Origin: Histomonas meleagridis 2922-C6/04-290x
Lineage: Eukaryota; Protista; Parabasalia
Assembly (NCBI GenBank): GCA_020184695.1
Contig: JAANOX010000278.1
Location: 310,001-374,000 of the forward strand
Length of the DNA: 64,000 nt
Direction of reading: 5' to 3'
In this document: piece by piece, positions 1-13,000 of the stretch
How positions within the stretch are numbered: position 1 is the first letter of the stretch
Layout of the letters: every line of letters starts with the position of its first letter
Translations under genes and position numbers: made by a program
Notes under the pieces: generated by a model
What the model saw: only the letters and a program-made list of their open reading frames with translations
Told to the model about the DNA's origin: nothing
Databases searched by the model: none

Positions 1-708
1 GTGGTGCGTGTTTTATATGATCTATGGGTTCTATTATATTTTGTCCTTTACATTTGGACTCAAGACCTTGAGCACATTCTGTTTCAGAATGCTTCATTAA
101 ATTTGACTCATCGCAATATCTAAGTGATTTTTTAAAAAAATGCAAAAGTTTGAAACATAAAATATTTGGAGCATAATTTTTATTATAAATATTAATATTT
201 TATCAAATATGTTACTAAAAAATGTTGTAAATAATTTTCATAGTTAAAAATTCAAATACATTTTATTTTAACATAAATAATTTACATTTTTTTCCTTAAA
301 AATCAGAATAATTAAAATTATATTCAAATTCAAACATTAAATACATCAACGCATGCGTTAATGCTAAATAATTATTTAAATGATAATTTTTAAATAAATC
401 AAAGTTCAGATATATTAACAATTTTTTTTGATATATTTAAAGAATTCTTTCATTATTTGATTAGAATTTGACTGTCTGCAAATAATTATTTAAATAATTT
501 CATTAACTGAAGTAATTATTTTAAAAATATTATAAAATCATTTTTTACTAATGAATTGGTAATTAATGTGATAATTGATATGTATAATAAAAACATTTAA
601 TGAAGGTAAAAAATAATATTTTAAAGTGATTGATGAGCAGTGTAACATTTGAAGATAAATAATGAAATTATTTATCAAAGTAATTCGCATTTATTATATT
701 TATTGATT

Positions 709-3216
709 TCATAGCCATTGATCTGTTTCTTCAAGAATGTTTTCTTTGCATGTTTTGTCAATTTCGTTCGTGTTCACTTCTCTGCTTCCTTCAAGTTCTT
801 TATTCGATTCTTTGTTTATTCTTGTCTTCGTTTTATGTGTAAATAAAAAGATAATAATTCCAACAATAAGAAGGAAGATGAATACGGCTGTGCATGTGAC
901 TGATATAATAATCGTTTTGGATATACTTCCCGATGTAATTTCTTCTTGTGTTTCTGAATAAATTATAAAATTAGAATAATAACTGACGTACGTCAATATT
1001 TGATATATCGTAAATATATAACTGATGAATTTCGTTGGCGTATAATAAATACTTGATGAGAAATATGAAACAGTAAATGTATTAATAATTGATACATCAA
1101 TAATACTCAATGATTGTGAAAGTGATAATGTGAAAATTATTGAAAAAGAATAACTTGAATCATTATTTATAAATGTATTCAACTGTGAATATGTATTTGA
1201 TTGTGAAAATGTATTAGAAAATGTATTTGACTTAGTAAATGTATTAGAATATGTATTTGACTTAGTAAATGTATTAGAATATGTATTTGATTGTGTGAAT
1301 GTTGCTGTCGGGAGTGGGTTACATCCTTCAATTGTCGTTTCGCTAATATTAAGATAACCAAATGTTTTATTTACATATAATGATGTTACAATAACTGTAT
1401 CTGCTTGAATGCTTTCAAATGCATTCGTTCCAATATTTGGTGATATCTCTCCACAATAATATATACATTTGAGTTTAATGCAATTATGAAATGCAGAGTC
1501 ACCAATTGTTTGAACATTCCCTTCAATATAAATCGTGATTAAATTTATACATCGTTCAAATGCATTGTCACAAATCCTTGTAACTGTTTCAGGAATTGTA
1601 ATATTTATTAATTTCTCACATTTATAAAATGTAGAATATCCAATTTCTGGAATATTTCCATAAATTTCAACAATTTCTAAATTAATACATTCTGAAAATG
1701 CATAATTCCCAAGTGATGTAACTGTTGTTGGAATCGTGATGTTTTTCAAATATGAACATTGAGAAAATGCTCTTGAACCAATTGTTTTTAATTTGTTTCC
1801 AATAATAACTGTTTCTAAATTATTACAAACTTGAAATGCATTATCCTTAATTGTTTCAATATTATCTCCAAGATTAATAGTGTTTAAACTTGTACATGAA
1901 TAAAATGAAGAAGAACCAACTGATGTAATCGAATTTGGAAGTATTATACTTATCATGTTTTTACAATTATAAAATGTATGATCTCCAATTTCTGTAATAT
2001 TTCCATAAATTTCAACAATTTCTAAATTAGTACATTCTGAAAATGCTTCATTCCCAAGTGATGTAGTTGTTGTTGGAATCGTGATGTTTTTCAAATATGA
2101 ACATTGAGAAAATGCAAATTCTTCAATTGTTTCTAATTTGTTTCCAATAATAACTGTTTCTAAATTATTACAATTTTGAAATGCACTATCATTAATTGTT
2201 TCAATATTATCTCCAAGATTAATAGTGATTAAACTTGTACATGAAGAAAATGAATATTGACCAACTGATGTAATCGAGTTTGGAAGTATTATACTTATCA
2301 TGGCTTTACAATTATAAAATGTATATTCTCCAATCTCTGGAATATTTCCATAAATTTCAACAATTTCTAAATTAATACATTCTGAAAATGCATAATTCCC
2401 AAGTGATGTAACTGATGTTGGAATCGTGATGTTTTTCAAATTTGTACATTGATAAAATGCTTTTGAACCAATTGTTTCAATCGTATCACTAAGTTCAATC
2501 GTAAGAAGTGTTCCCCATGAAAAGAATCCTTCCGATGGAATTGTTGAAATTCCTTTCATAATAATAACTTTTTCGGTAATATTTTTATAATTTTCAATAT
2601 ACTCAAATTCAGTTTCAACATTTATCGTAAGTGTTTTCGTATTTTTGTCATATGATTCTGAAAATGTTTGAATAAAATAAAGAGATATTAAGAATGGAAA
2701 TATGTTTTGCGTGATATTTATTCGAATTTTATGTTTGTTATTATTTTTATTTTTCTTTTTATATATATAAAATATTATGAAATGAAGAAGAAAAATATAA
2801 TTAATTATAATTATATTTAATAAATTAAAATTATATGTATAATTATAATTAAATAAACATTTAAAATTATTGATAATTTTATGATGTTTTAACTTTCCGA
2901 TGAAAGAATTGAATTTTTTAATTTGTGTTATTTTATTGTTCAAATAACCAAATGATTTTGTTTCATTTAATGATTGAAATGTTTGAAATGATTTAATTTT
3001 AATTGAAATTTTATGTTTTATGAAAATGTTAAAAATAATTGGGAAATATCTGCTTATCATATCAATTTTATCATATTCTTTAGTAAAAGTAACAAAAGAC
3101 ATAAAAATTTGTTTTAATTTATCATTTTCATCATGTAAAAATAATTTATTTGAGACACATTCAAAATAATTAGTCGTCATTGAGATAGTTAAATCGATTA
3201 AGATGAGAAAAAACAT
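709..3216 (-). CDS. BspA-like (TpLRR) leucine-rich repeat surface protein with Ser/Thr stalk, C-terminal TM helix and short cytosolic tail
   Basis: Many 23-aa repeats of the IGxxAFxxCxxLxxIxIPxxVxx type. TFTKSNTYSN stalk, TM segment IIIISVTCTAVFIFLLIVGIIIFLF, tail ending EETDQWL. The exact start codon is uncertain. Confidence 0.92.
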   Translation of the reverse strand: MFFLILIDLTISMTTNYFECVSNKLFLHDENDKLKQIFMSFVTFTKEYDKIDMISRYFPIIFNIFIKHKISIKIKSFQTFQSLNETKSFGYLNNKITQIKKFNSFIGKLKHHKIINNFKCLFNYNYTYNFNLLNIIIINYIFLLHFIIFYIYKKKNKNNNKHKIRINITQNIFPFLISLYFIQTFSESYDKNTKTLTINVETEFEYIENYKNITEKVIIMKGISTIPSEGFFSWGTLLTIELSDTIETIGSKAFYQCTNLKNITIPTSVTSLGNYAFSECINLEIVEIYGNIPEIGEYTFYNCKAMISIILPNSITSVGQYSFSSCTSLITINLGDNIETINDSAFQNCNNLETVIIGNKLETIEEFAFSQCSYLKNITIPTTTTSLGNEAFSECTNLEIVEIYGNITEIGDHTFYNCKNMISIILPNSITSVGSSSFYSCTSLNTINLGDNIETIKDNAFQVCNNLETVIIGNKLKTIGSRAFSQCSYLKNITIPTTVTSLGNYAFSECINLEIVEIYGNIPEIGYSTFYKCEKLINITIPETVTRICDNAFERCINLITIYIEGNVQTIGDSAFHNCIKLKCIYYCGEISPNIGTNAFESIQADTVIVTSLYVNKTFGYLNISETTIEGCNPLPTATFTQSNTYSNTFTKSNTYSNTFTKSNTFSNTFSQSNTYSQLNTFINNDSSYSFSIIFTLSLSQSLSIIDVSIINTFTVSYFSSSIYYTPTKFISYIFTIYQILTYVSYYSNFIIYSETQEEITSGSISKTIIISVTCTAVFIFLLIVGIIIFLFTHKTKTRINKESNKELEGSREVNTNEIDKTCKENILEETDQWL
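1176..1300 (-). repeat. 30-bp coding tandem repeat (TFTKSNTYSN-type stalk), about 4 copies
   Basis: Repeated gtatttgacttagtaaatgtattagaatat-like units on the + strand. Confidence 0.8.
1620..2480 (-). repeat. Intragenic 345-bp tandem repeat (five LRR units per copy), about 2.5-3 copies
   Basis: The anchor aatatttccataaatttcaacaatttctaaatt occurs at 1651, 1996 and 2341, exactly 345 bp apart. Confidence 0.9.
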
Positions 3217-4373
3217 GAGAAAGAAATAGCTTTTTGCTGATATATTTGTAAAAGGTTTGGAAGAAAACTGGTGTTAAACGATCAATACAACTTTTTGATA
3301 ACGTTACTTTTGTGTTGCTAACAAAAAACAACTGAAATTTGTTGGTCATGCAAATTCTCCGAGCGTTTCTCCTATTCAATTTCCGAGTAAATCATTCAAA
3401 AAGCAATAGCTGAGCAAATTTTTGTATGTATGGAACAGTTGAAGTTTGTTTGGACACATTCAAATCATTTGTGCAATAAACATGGTTGAGGATGGGCTTT
3501 TCAGATAAATAAACGGTCGAAAATTATACGTTAAGACAACAATTTAATCGCAAAGCTTTCCCCTGATAGAAAAAATTATTTCATTAAACAAAGCTCTTGC
3601 TTTATCTAATCTATCTTTCTATATCCTTTGTATGTTGTGATTATGCTTTGTTAATAATTTTTATTTTTATTTATGTTTTTTTTTGAATTCAGCCAAATCC
3701 CATTTACAGTAAAATTTCATTATATTAAAATATAATGAATAAAAAAATTTAAGGAATAAAAAAAATGAATGCAAAAGCTTGTACTGTCACTGCATTTTAG
3801 GTTGGACCCCTTTTCAGGGGAATTTCCATCCAAAATTCAATCAAACCGTTCCAACTAAAGCAAAGTGACTGTAAAACGAGAGGTGCTGCCTTTAATTAAG
3901 GAAAATAATATAGGGGTTGCAGAAGAAGGCATTCAGTATTTCCTGCCGATTTCTCGTAAATTGTACATAAGGTACTTACCATCCTGGAATAAATTCCAGA
4001 ATTTTGCACCGCCCAAAAAAAACTCATTTTATGACGACGGTTTGGCCTCTCAAAATGTTATTTTACAACCGGATATCAACTGTTTCATTAAATTTAAACA
4101 TCAAAAGTTTGCAGTTCTTCATCGAAAAATCTAATAAGCAAAAAACAAAAGTATTTTTATGCATTTACTTTGTTTCTTTCCTTGGAAAAAAGAAGTATGA
4201 TCAATAAAAAATTTCAAGATGAATGAAAAATTTAGGAAAGAAAAGCATATTCAAATATGAATTTTATCTTTCAATCAAGCTGAAACTTAAAATAACTAAT
4301 TTGTTATCATCTATATTTTCCTTGCCAAGTTCATAACACGACTAAGGCGACCGTTAATTTAAAATTGCTTCCA

Positions 4374-5021
4374 ATGGAATCTGAGGTATTCCCTCGTGAT
4401 TATTCCAGTGCTGAATATTGGGAATCGAGGTACAAAGAAGAATCAGGAACATTTGATTGGTATTTTGGGTGGAATGATGTTTTTCAAAAAAATCTGTTTT
4501 CATTAAACATCAAAGGGCCAATTCTTGTAGTTGGTTGTGGCAATTCTTTGATATCATATAACCTTGAAAAATTTGGCATCTATCCTGTTATTTCAACAGA
4601 CATCTCTCATACATGCGTTCAAAAAATGCAAAAAGAATTTAATGGATGTTATTTGCCTATGGATGTATGTGATCTTCAGTTCAAGGATAATTTGTTTCCA
4701 TGTGTAATTGACAAAGGAACATTAGATGCCATCTTATGTACACATGATTTTGAGTTGCCTATGTCGAAAATGATGCTTGAGATCTCTCGTGTATTAGCTC
4801 CTAATGGAGTTTTTATTGAGATAACATTTGGTAAAACAGCTGAAAAGTTAAACATTTTAGATTCTCCTGATTTATTGAATTGGACACTAGAAAAAAAGAT
4901 TGATATTGTTAGTGGAAAGGGCACTGCAAATATGTTTGTTTTCAGGAAATTTAAAGAAGTTGTAATAGTTGATGATAATGGAAATGAATATTTTTCAAAA
5001 GATTGGAATGTTAAAATGTGA
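4374..5021 (+). CDS. Class I SAM-dependent methyltransferase, METTL13/EEF1AKMT4-like
   Basis: YWESRY...FDWY N-terminal motif, VVGCGNS motif I, IDKGTLDAIL, ISRVLAPNGVFIEITF. First ATG is at 4374 (the track start is TTG). Confidence 0.88.
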   Translation: MESEVFPRDYSSAEYWESRYKEESGTFDWYFGWNDVFQKNLFSLNIKGPILVVGCGNSLISYNLEKFGIYPVISTDISHTCVQKMQKEFNGCYLPMDVCDLQFKDNLFPCVIDKGTLDAILCTHDFELPMSKMMLEISRVLAPNGVFIEITFGKTAEKLNILDSPDLLNWTLEKKIDIVSGKGTANMFVFRKFKEVVIVDDNGNEYFSKDWNVKM

Positions 5022-5125
5022 ACCATAAAGCAATGCAATATTATGTAAACAATTATATTATATTTATTTACTCAATTTTTTAATAATAAAAAATTAGACA
5101 TAAAATACGGACCGTTTAATTTTTG

Positions 5126-5150
5126 TCACTTTTCTATTCTTTAACGGTTT
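5126..5150 (+). promoter_or_regulatory. Initiator (TCACTTTT) plus AACGGTT Myb-type motif upstream of the 5164 ORF
   Basis: tcacttttc at 5126 and aacggttt at 5143, within 40 bp of the ATG. These match trichomonad core-promoter motifs. Confidence 0.5.
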
Positions 5151-5163
5151 TGTCAAAACAAAA

Positions 5164-5514
5164 ATGAGCTCTAAACACAAATCAAAGAAGCACGAGCATG
5201 ATAAGGATAAGGAAAAGGATAAAGAAAAGGACAGAAAAAAGGGAGAAGGCGAAAGTAGACGCCATCATGAACATGGACGTGATCGTGAAAGAGATCGCGA
5301 TGGTGAAAAACGTGAACATTCCAAGAGAGATCGCGATGGTAAAGAACGAGTTAAAAAAGAAAAGAAGATTGATCGTTCGGTAATACCTCCATGGGCAAGA
5401 GAACCAATCAATCCTGCAGATGATCGTTTTTACGAAGATTTTGAACATGAAATCACTCTTCCAGAAGAGCTTCTATCTATTGATCCAACGCATCCAATGA
5501 TGGGCGGAAAATAA
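5164..5514 (+). CDS. Small Lys/Arg/Asp/Glu-rich protein of unknown function (possibly nuclear)
   Basis: ATG-initiated, coding-like GC content, Inr upstream, stop embedded in TAAA. Confidence 0.7.
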   Translation: MSSKHKSKKHEHDKDKEKDKEKDRKKGEGESRRHHEHGRDRERDRDGEKREHSKRDRDGKERVKKEKKIDRSVIPPWAREPINPADDRFYEDFEHEITLPEELLSIDPTHPMMGGK

Positions 5515-5661
5515 ATTTCATCTTAATTTTGAATTAAAGTTAATTTCCATTTTTTTTTAAGCATTTTTGTTATACGATTTTTAATCAATTTGAAATAGAC
5601 AATTTAAAAATTTTATGTAAAATTTTTCATTGTTTTTAACTATTTTAATTACAATAAAATT

Positions 5662-6777
5662 TTATTTATTCTTTTTCTTTTCAAGAATTTCTTTCTTTTT
5701 TCTATTTATTTCCGCTAAACTCACTACAATGCCCACACTTACTTCCCGCATCTGTTTTGCTTTTCTTTCATCGCATCCGCCGATTAACTTTTTTACTATT
5801 TCTTGTGCCATTAGAACCAACGAATTCTTTGAGAACGAAACTCTTTCTTCAAGTTCCCAAACTTCTTGTTGTTTCTTAGCGATTTGTCCGATGAGATCTT
5901 TCGACTCTAAAAACATTTGTGCAGAGTCTTTACGAGGCGCAGTCTTCGAGGAATGCACAACAATGCCTCGTCGCTTGTTGATCTCGTTTTGGAGCGCCCA
6001 AATTTTTTGATGCACTTTTTTCTCAATTACTCGTTTCGATGATTCCGAATCTTCAAGCTTACGATCATACTCAGCAATTTTGGATTGAAGCTCTTCAATT
6101 CTTTTCAGGTGTATAGTTTTTTTTTCTTCAATTTCTTGTTCAAGAGATGAGATCTTACGTAAAACTGTTTTAAGATCATCTGTACTTGGACTATTTTGTT
6201 GAGAAGCAGTGGCAACTTTTATGGCTTCGCGAAGTTGATTGGTCTCTGATTCTAATTTTTGCATTATTTCGCGTGATTCATCAACACTCGCAAGTTCTGT
6301 CTTTTGTTGGATACGTAGATTAGATAACTGTTGTTGAAGTTGCTCTCCAGTTCTTCCCAAAGATTTAGTTTTTTTGCCAAGTTCATTGACTTGTGTATCT
6401 AGAAATGCACGTCTAACAATTTGTTGTTTAACATCATCTATAAGCTGGGCAACTTCCGTTGCGATAGGGTGAAGTTCAGTTGGAATTGTATTTATATCAG
6501 GCATTGTATTTGATTCATATAAATTATGTGCTTGCAAAAATTTTGATATTTTTACAAACTTTAATTGTTCTGTGAGTTGTTCTCTTTCTTTCATTGATTG
6601 ACTTATTTTGACACGAATTTGAAGATTTTCATTCCGAAAATTTTCGGCAACTTGTTGAGGGCTTAAGTTACTTCTCTTCTTTGCTGCTTCTATCTGTTCA
6701 AGTAGATTGTAATTTTTTGTTTTTAATTCTAAAAGTTGAGCTTGAAGTGTCTGGAAATCTTCTATTGTTACAGACAT
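5662..6777 (-). CDS. Coiled-coil protein of unknown function
   Basis: 371-aa ORF with heptad-rich Q/E/K/L composition. Confidence 0.8.
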   Translation of the reverse strand: MSVTIEDFQTLQAQLLELKTKNYNLLEQIEAAKKRSNLSPQQVAENFRNENLQIRVKISQSMKEREQLTEQLKFVKISKFLQAHNLYESNTMPDINTIPTELHPIATEVAQLIDDVKQQIVRRAFLDTQVNELGKKTKSLGRTGEQLQQQLSNLRIQQKTELASVDESREIMQKLESETNQLREAIKVATASQQNSPSTDDLKTVLRKISSLEQEIEEKKTIHLKRIEELQSKIAEYDRKLEDSESSKRVIEKKVHQKIWALQNEINKRRGIVVHSSKTAPRKDSAQMFLESKDLIGQIAKKQQEVWELEERVSFSKNSLVLMAQEIVKKLIGGCDERKAKQMREVSVGIVVSLAEINRKKKEILEKKKNK

Positions 6778-7065
6778 GTTTTAAGAGAATCCTATCGTTT
6801 TGAGGTACACCCCGTTATTTACAAAAGTGACGGTATAGAAATGAAGAAGAAATTTTGCATTATAATCGATATCGACATCTAGTAATTCAGTTAGAATTAA
6901 AAGGGAGATTTATGTTTCTAAGATGTTAATGAATGCGGATCAAATATACCATTGTTTTGCTATTTTGCAGAAACAGTTTTTGTTCTAATCAGTTCCTATA
7001 GAAAAATTTCAGAAAAAAACCAAATTTTCAATGAACCTCAAACTTTGTTTGGTTTACGTTTTTTA

Positions 7066-10000
7066 ATGCGCCGAAACTTCTTTCGATTGTTCCGCAGGTT
7101 CACGGATGAATCTTCAGATGCAATTGACGAATTCGGGGCGATGGTATCTATGAATCCTGTTGATGTGCAACAATGTTTTTCATTTTATCAGCAAAATTTT
7201 TCTAATCTTGATCCAAATCAAAGGTTTCCCATTAAATTAGAAAATGCAATGCTCACTTTATTAAACTCGTTTATTCCATATACAGTTACACGACTTGAAG
7301 AAAAAGCGCAAATTACGGATGAATTAAAATTTATTTCAACAACCTTAAAATTTGGGGAATATGACAAAAAATTCTCCAATCTCATTAGTCAATTTTGTGT
7401 TCAGCTTCTTAAAGTTAACTTTCATGATGAAAATTGCCTCAATTTTATGCAAACAGCATTAAAAAATGACAGCGTTTTAACGACATTTGTTTCACCCATT
7501 TATTTATCAGATATATTTATTTATTGTTTTGATGTCAAAGACAATTATTATTCAGATTTAATACTTGATACAATTCAATCATTTCAATTCAAAGTCACAT
7601 CCAAAGAAAATTTAGAAGCATTTATTGACGCCTTTCGTAGGGGATCTGTTTTAAACGTATATTCTGCTTTAAAATTCATCTTTTGTGTCACTCGATCCTT
7701 TCATCCTAATTATTTCATTAATGAGTTCTTTCCAATAATATCCAACAAAATCTATGATCTTGAATCGTTAGACTTTTTTGAATATTATCTCCAAACTAAC
7801 AACAAAGCTACATGGGACTTCTTATGTCGCTCATGTTCACCATCAAAACTTAACGAAAACTTTTTAAATTCAATGATTTCACTTTTGAACCAATTCAAAG
7901 AGAATCCGTTAATTCTCAATTTCCCTATCGGCGATTTTATCACAAACGGAATCAACTTAACGTTCTCCACACAAGAAGAGTTATTAGAAATAATTCTAAA
8001 ATTTACTGATAAGAAACGACTACAATTTTTGAAGCAATGTATTACAAGTCAATTTCATTCCAAAATCATTTATGAAATTTCTAAAAGTTTAAATGATTAT
8101 GATACAATTGCACAGTTTTGTATATTTGATATTCCAATAAATGAATTAAAACAAAAATTAGAAACTGACAAAGATTATTGTAATTTATTATATTATATTT
8201 CCACGAATTTAAAATCAGAAAAAGTTATAAACTTAATTCCAATATTACTCAAACTTTCAGACTTAAACATCTGTAAAAAGTCATTAAAGAAAATATTAAA
8301 GCAAATAAATCCGGAGAAATATATCAAAATCATCAAGAAATCATTTAAACAAAGTATTATTACAACAGATGTCTTTCAAATCTTAACCAAAATATCGAAA
8401 GAAAATGAAAAATTTGTTTCATTAATATTAACTTCCTCGAAAACCATAAAATATTTATTTAGTTCATTCCAAAACATTAACGATTTAACATTTCTAATCA
8501 CTATAATTCAAAATGGACCATATGAAATCATTGATGAATATATTAATGAACATTTTAATGAAACGATTTTAACCAAATTAAATGAGAAACAATTATATAA
8601 CTTAATGATGGGGTTACCATTTGATTCTGAATCGATTGGAATATTACGAATTCCATCATTATTAAAACATGTGAAAATTAATGAATTGTTAACACCATTC
8701 GATCGATATGTTTATGGTAAATATGGAATGAAATACATCGAAAATGATAATGGAATTGATGAATATTTAATACAATACATTGACGAAAACAAAAAATTTG
8801 TTGATATCGTAAATAACACAAAATTAATGTTAAAAATGACTGATTTGAATCAATCGTTTTTGCCAATATATCAATGCCATTTTAATATGCCGAATTCTTT
8901 CGCAAGTTTCGAAGGTAATGTTTCGATTTCGTTTTGGTTTTATATTAATCATTTGATCGGAAAAACTTTAATACTTCAAACTTCTTTCGGTGAGATATCA
9001 TATGATTGTGATGGATTAACAATATTCGATTTAATAACAATACAATGTAATATGAAAACTTGGAATATGTTAACATTAATTATGGCAAATCAAAATGTGA
9101 AGTGTTACTTGAACTCAAAAAGTGCAATTGAATTTTCAATACCGAAATTGAATTACTCAATGCAATTCGGAAGTAAAACATTCAATAATTCAATATGGTA
9201 CTTAAACTCGGAGGTTATCTCAACAAATGAAATGTTTACACCAGACGAAATCAGAAATTTGTATTTGAAAGGTTTACCTAACGTCCGGAACGATAAATAT
9301 AAAATTGCAAAAATTAATCCGAAAAATGGATTTAAATTTGTGGATTATAATGGAATTGGTAATTATTTATATGATGAAGAGTTTATCTTTTTGTTGTTAA
9401 TTGGTTGTCAAACGAAAGAAGAATTTAATGATTTATTTGAAAGTTGTTTTAATTTATATTTAAAGTCATTAATTAAAACGGAATATTTCTATTCATCAAT
9501 TCGATATATAATGATACGAAAAAAAGATTTTGTAACAACTGATTTAATCTTAAAATTATTTATTAATAACTTTAATTGTAATGATTATATTAATGTCTTC
9601 AGTGACTATCAAATTATTACATCGATTAACTTCAATTATTCGTTTTTCTTAAAGTTATTTAAGTTAAATAATAACTCGTTAACATTTTTAATGGATGTTT
9701 TAATTGATTGTTATATCTTCTTTGATATTAATAATGACTTAAAACAAATAATTTTAGATATAACAAAATTAATGATTAAAAATCATCCAAGTATATTAGA
9801 AAAATTAATTTTATATTTATCTAATTTCGAAGATAATAATTTATTTGAAATTATATTAAAAAATTTAAAACTTTTGGATTTCGACCGTTTACTATCGTTC
9901 TCGGCCGTTTTAACTGAAAAGTATTCAATTGCATTTATCAAAAAGTTGACGAAGAATTCAATCAGATTGAATAACTACAATTACAAAAGTTTAAAATTAA

Positions 10001-13000
10001 ATAAATCGATTTTTATTAAATTAATACATGAAATTGATATTTGGTGTTGTTTATTATCATTTTTAACTAATAGTTATGAAATGAATTTAGATAATTTCAT
10101 CACACAAACATCAAAAAATAATAAGATTCTAAAACTCATTTTAGATGTTTTAGCGACGTTTATCGGAATTGAAATAAAAGAAAAGGCAAAAGAAATGTTA
10201 TCATTTAAAATATTGGAAATTATTTTCTCGATTACTTCATCAGATAAAATTCTTTTGTGTACAAAACAAATTTTACGACTTTCCGTTTTAGGTCTTGATA
10301 ATTATCCTTATCAAGTAATACCTTTTAATGATAATGATAAAATAGAACAACAAATTAAGTCGCAGAAAGAAGAATATAAATTTAATTTATCATTACTTCA
10401 ATCCTTACAACTCAAAAATTTCGATTTTATTAATGAATTTAAAGAAAATAATGATGTTAAAGAAGATGACAATAATGAAGAATTGGATATTCCTGATGAA
10501 ATATTTGAATCGAAATCAATTTCATTAATTACTAATTTTAATGTGAAAATATTCGTCTCCGAATTAGTCGAATCATTGTTCATCAAAAAATTGTTTTATG
10601 TTTTTACGATTTTTGGCGCAAATGTACCATTTAAAGTTTCATTAAAAATGCACAAGAAAATAATTTTGGCATTTTTCGACCTGAAACCGAATTTGACAGA
10701 AGATGTAATGAACTCTTTGTTTGAGTTCTTGATTTTAAGGATTAATGAAGGTTGGTGGGAATCTAAAAAAGAATTAAAGGAATTGCTGCTAAAGTCAGTG
10801 AATTTGATGACGATAACAAAATCAAAAGTGTCAAAGTTATTCATATTTATAATTCTGACAAAAATTGACTCACAAAAAGTTTTCATTTCAATGTTTTCTC
10901 AAAAAATTTTCTTGAATTTTTTAGCGAATGATAAAACATTCTTTTTAAATATACAATATTTCATTTGTAAATTAAATAAAATAAAAAAACAATTAAAAGA
11001 TTTAATGGTTCAAAAATTAATTTGTTTCAAAATAGAATTTGTAAACCATTTAAAAAGTGATACATTAAATCAATGGTTTACAAATAACGATGAATTGAAA
11101 AACGCATTTGAAGAATATAATCAAAATATTAAAAAATTATGTATGAATTCATTACAATTATTACATCAAAAACGAATAGAAGTTACAAAATATCCAAAAG
11201 TATCAGCAATTAATGAAAATGATAAAATTATAATTTTAAATGCATTAAAACAAAAACTTTTTTATCGATTAAATTTAACAAATTGGGAAATAGAAAAGTC
11301 TATTTCTAGGTTATTTAAACTTAAAGCGCAATATAATTATATGTTAAATCCATCAGAAAAATTTATGGTTGTCTCTTCTCCGAACCCTTTATCAGTGCCA
11401 CAGAAATTACTTCCGTTGGTATATAACTTCAATTATCCCGAAGGCAAATTTATTGGTAAAATTCATACTCCGAAATCATTACATTCATATAAATTTAACA
11501 CAAAATTAAACGAGCTAAACGAAGAAAAGTCAGCTGCGCTTTGTTTAAATGGTTGGTTCTTACCTCCGTATGTATCAAATTGTTTGAAGGAAGTAATCAA
11601 CGCGCAAATTGAAAACGTTACATTGAATAACTGCTATTATTTGCCAACAACCGAAATTTTGGAGTCCGTTTATTTCATGAGCAGCGACACTTTTTACGTG
11701 TTGTTAAACGCGACGGTTGACGATAACGAACGTTTAATTTTGAATGAAAACGATTCAACAATGATTTGTCAATTTGCAGCTTTCGAATTACCGATTTATG
11801 GATATTATGGAAATTCTACATTATTTTGTCATCATCCATTGTTATATTTCAAATATTCTGATATAATATTAATAATTCCTCGGAGATATGCATATAAAAA
11901 CGTTTCAATTGACATATATTTAAATAACGGAATTAGCCATACGATCATTTTCAAGTCAAAAAGTGATAGAAGGAACTTTGTTTCAAAAGTGAAAATTAAG
12001 GAGTTTACAATCCCTCAAAACTTCGGAATTTCTTATGCTCAGAAATTATTGTATTCGTCCATTGAAAAAGTTTCGAAGAAATGGTCCAACCGTCAAATCT
12101 CAACGTTTAATTATTTATTATATTTAAATGTCGTAAGTGGTCGATCATTCCGTGATCTTTCACAATACCCAATCTTCCCATGGGTCCTGGGTGACTTTGA
12201 TTCAGATACGCCAAAGTCATCACGAAATTTATCAAAGCCAATGGGTGCACAAACTGAAGATCGAGCCAAACGTTTTATTGACAATTTCAATGAGATGAAC
12301 TATCATTATGGTACCCATTATTCCCACTCAGCAGCGGTTTTACATTACATGCTCCGCATCGAACCTTTTTCTCTTTACGAAGTTCACCTCCATAACGGTC
12401 TCGACCACCGCGACCGTTTATTCTGCAACATTTCAGAAAGTTGGAAAAGTGCCAGCGATTTCAATCAGTCAGATGTCAAGGAACTTATTCCGCAGTTTTA
12501 TTGTTTCCCAAATATGTTTGAATATAATAACGTGGTTGATTTGAAATGCCGTACAGATGGGTTACCATTAAATACTGTCATTTTACCAAAATGGGCAAAA
12601 CAATCAGCAGTCAAATTCATATATGAAATGCGGAAAGCACTTGAGCAATCAAATGAAATACATCTATGGATTAACTTGATATTCGGATATCAACAAAGTG
12701 GGAAAGAAGCGATTGAGTCATTAAATGTGTTTCAGCCATTATCATATTACGAAAAGTTCAAAAGTACGGAATATGATGAAAGCGAAATGAAAGCTGTTAT
12801 TGACACTGTTAATAATTTTGGTCAATGTCCGATGCAATTATTTAATGTTCAACATATTCCACGACAATTAATTGAAGTCATAGATATTCATAATTGTGAA
12901 TTAAATATCACAAAACTAATTACTCTAAATCCGATCCCAAATTATATTAGAATTAATGGCGATGAGATAATTTGCTCCAATTTCGATTTGTTCGAATATT

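Noticed and set aside
1-125. Possible 3' end of an upstream gene at the window start
   Set aside because: Two frames are open for about 35-40 codons and neither can be identified
3790-4010. U1 snRNA-like words (TACTTACC at 3973, TTGCAC at 4004) and small hairpins; GTG-start ORF 3865-4134
   Set aside because: The spacing is far too short for U1 stem-loops I and II, and there is no loop I or properly placed Sm site. The ORF has no ATG and no motif.
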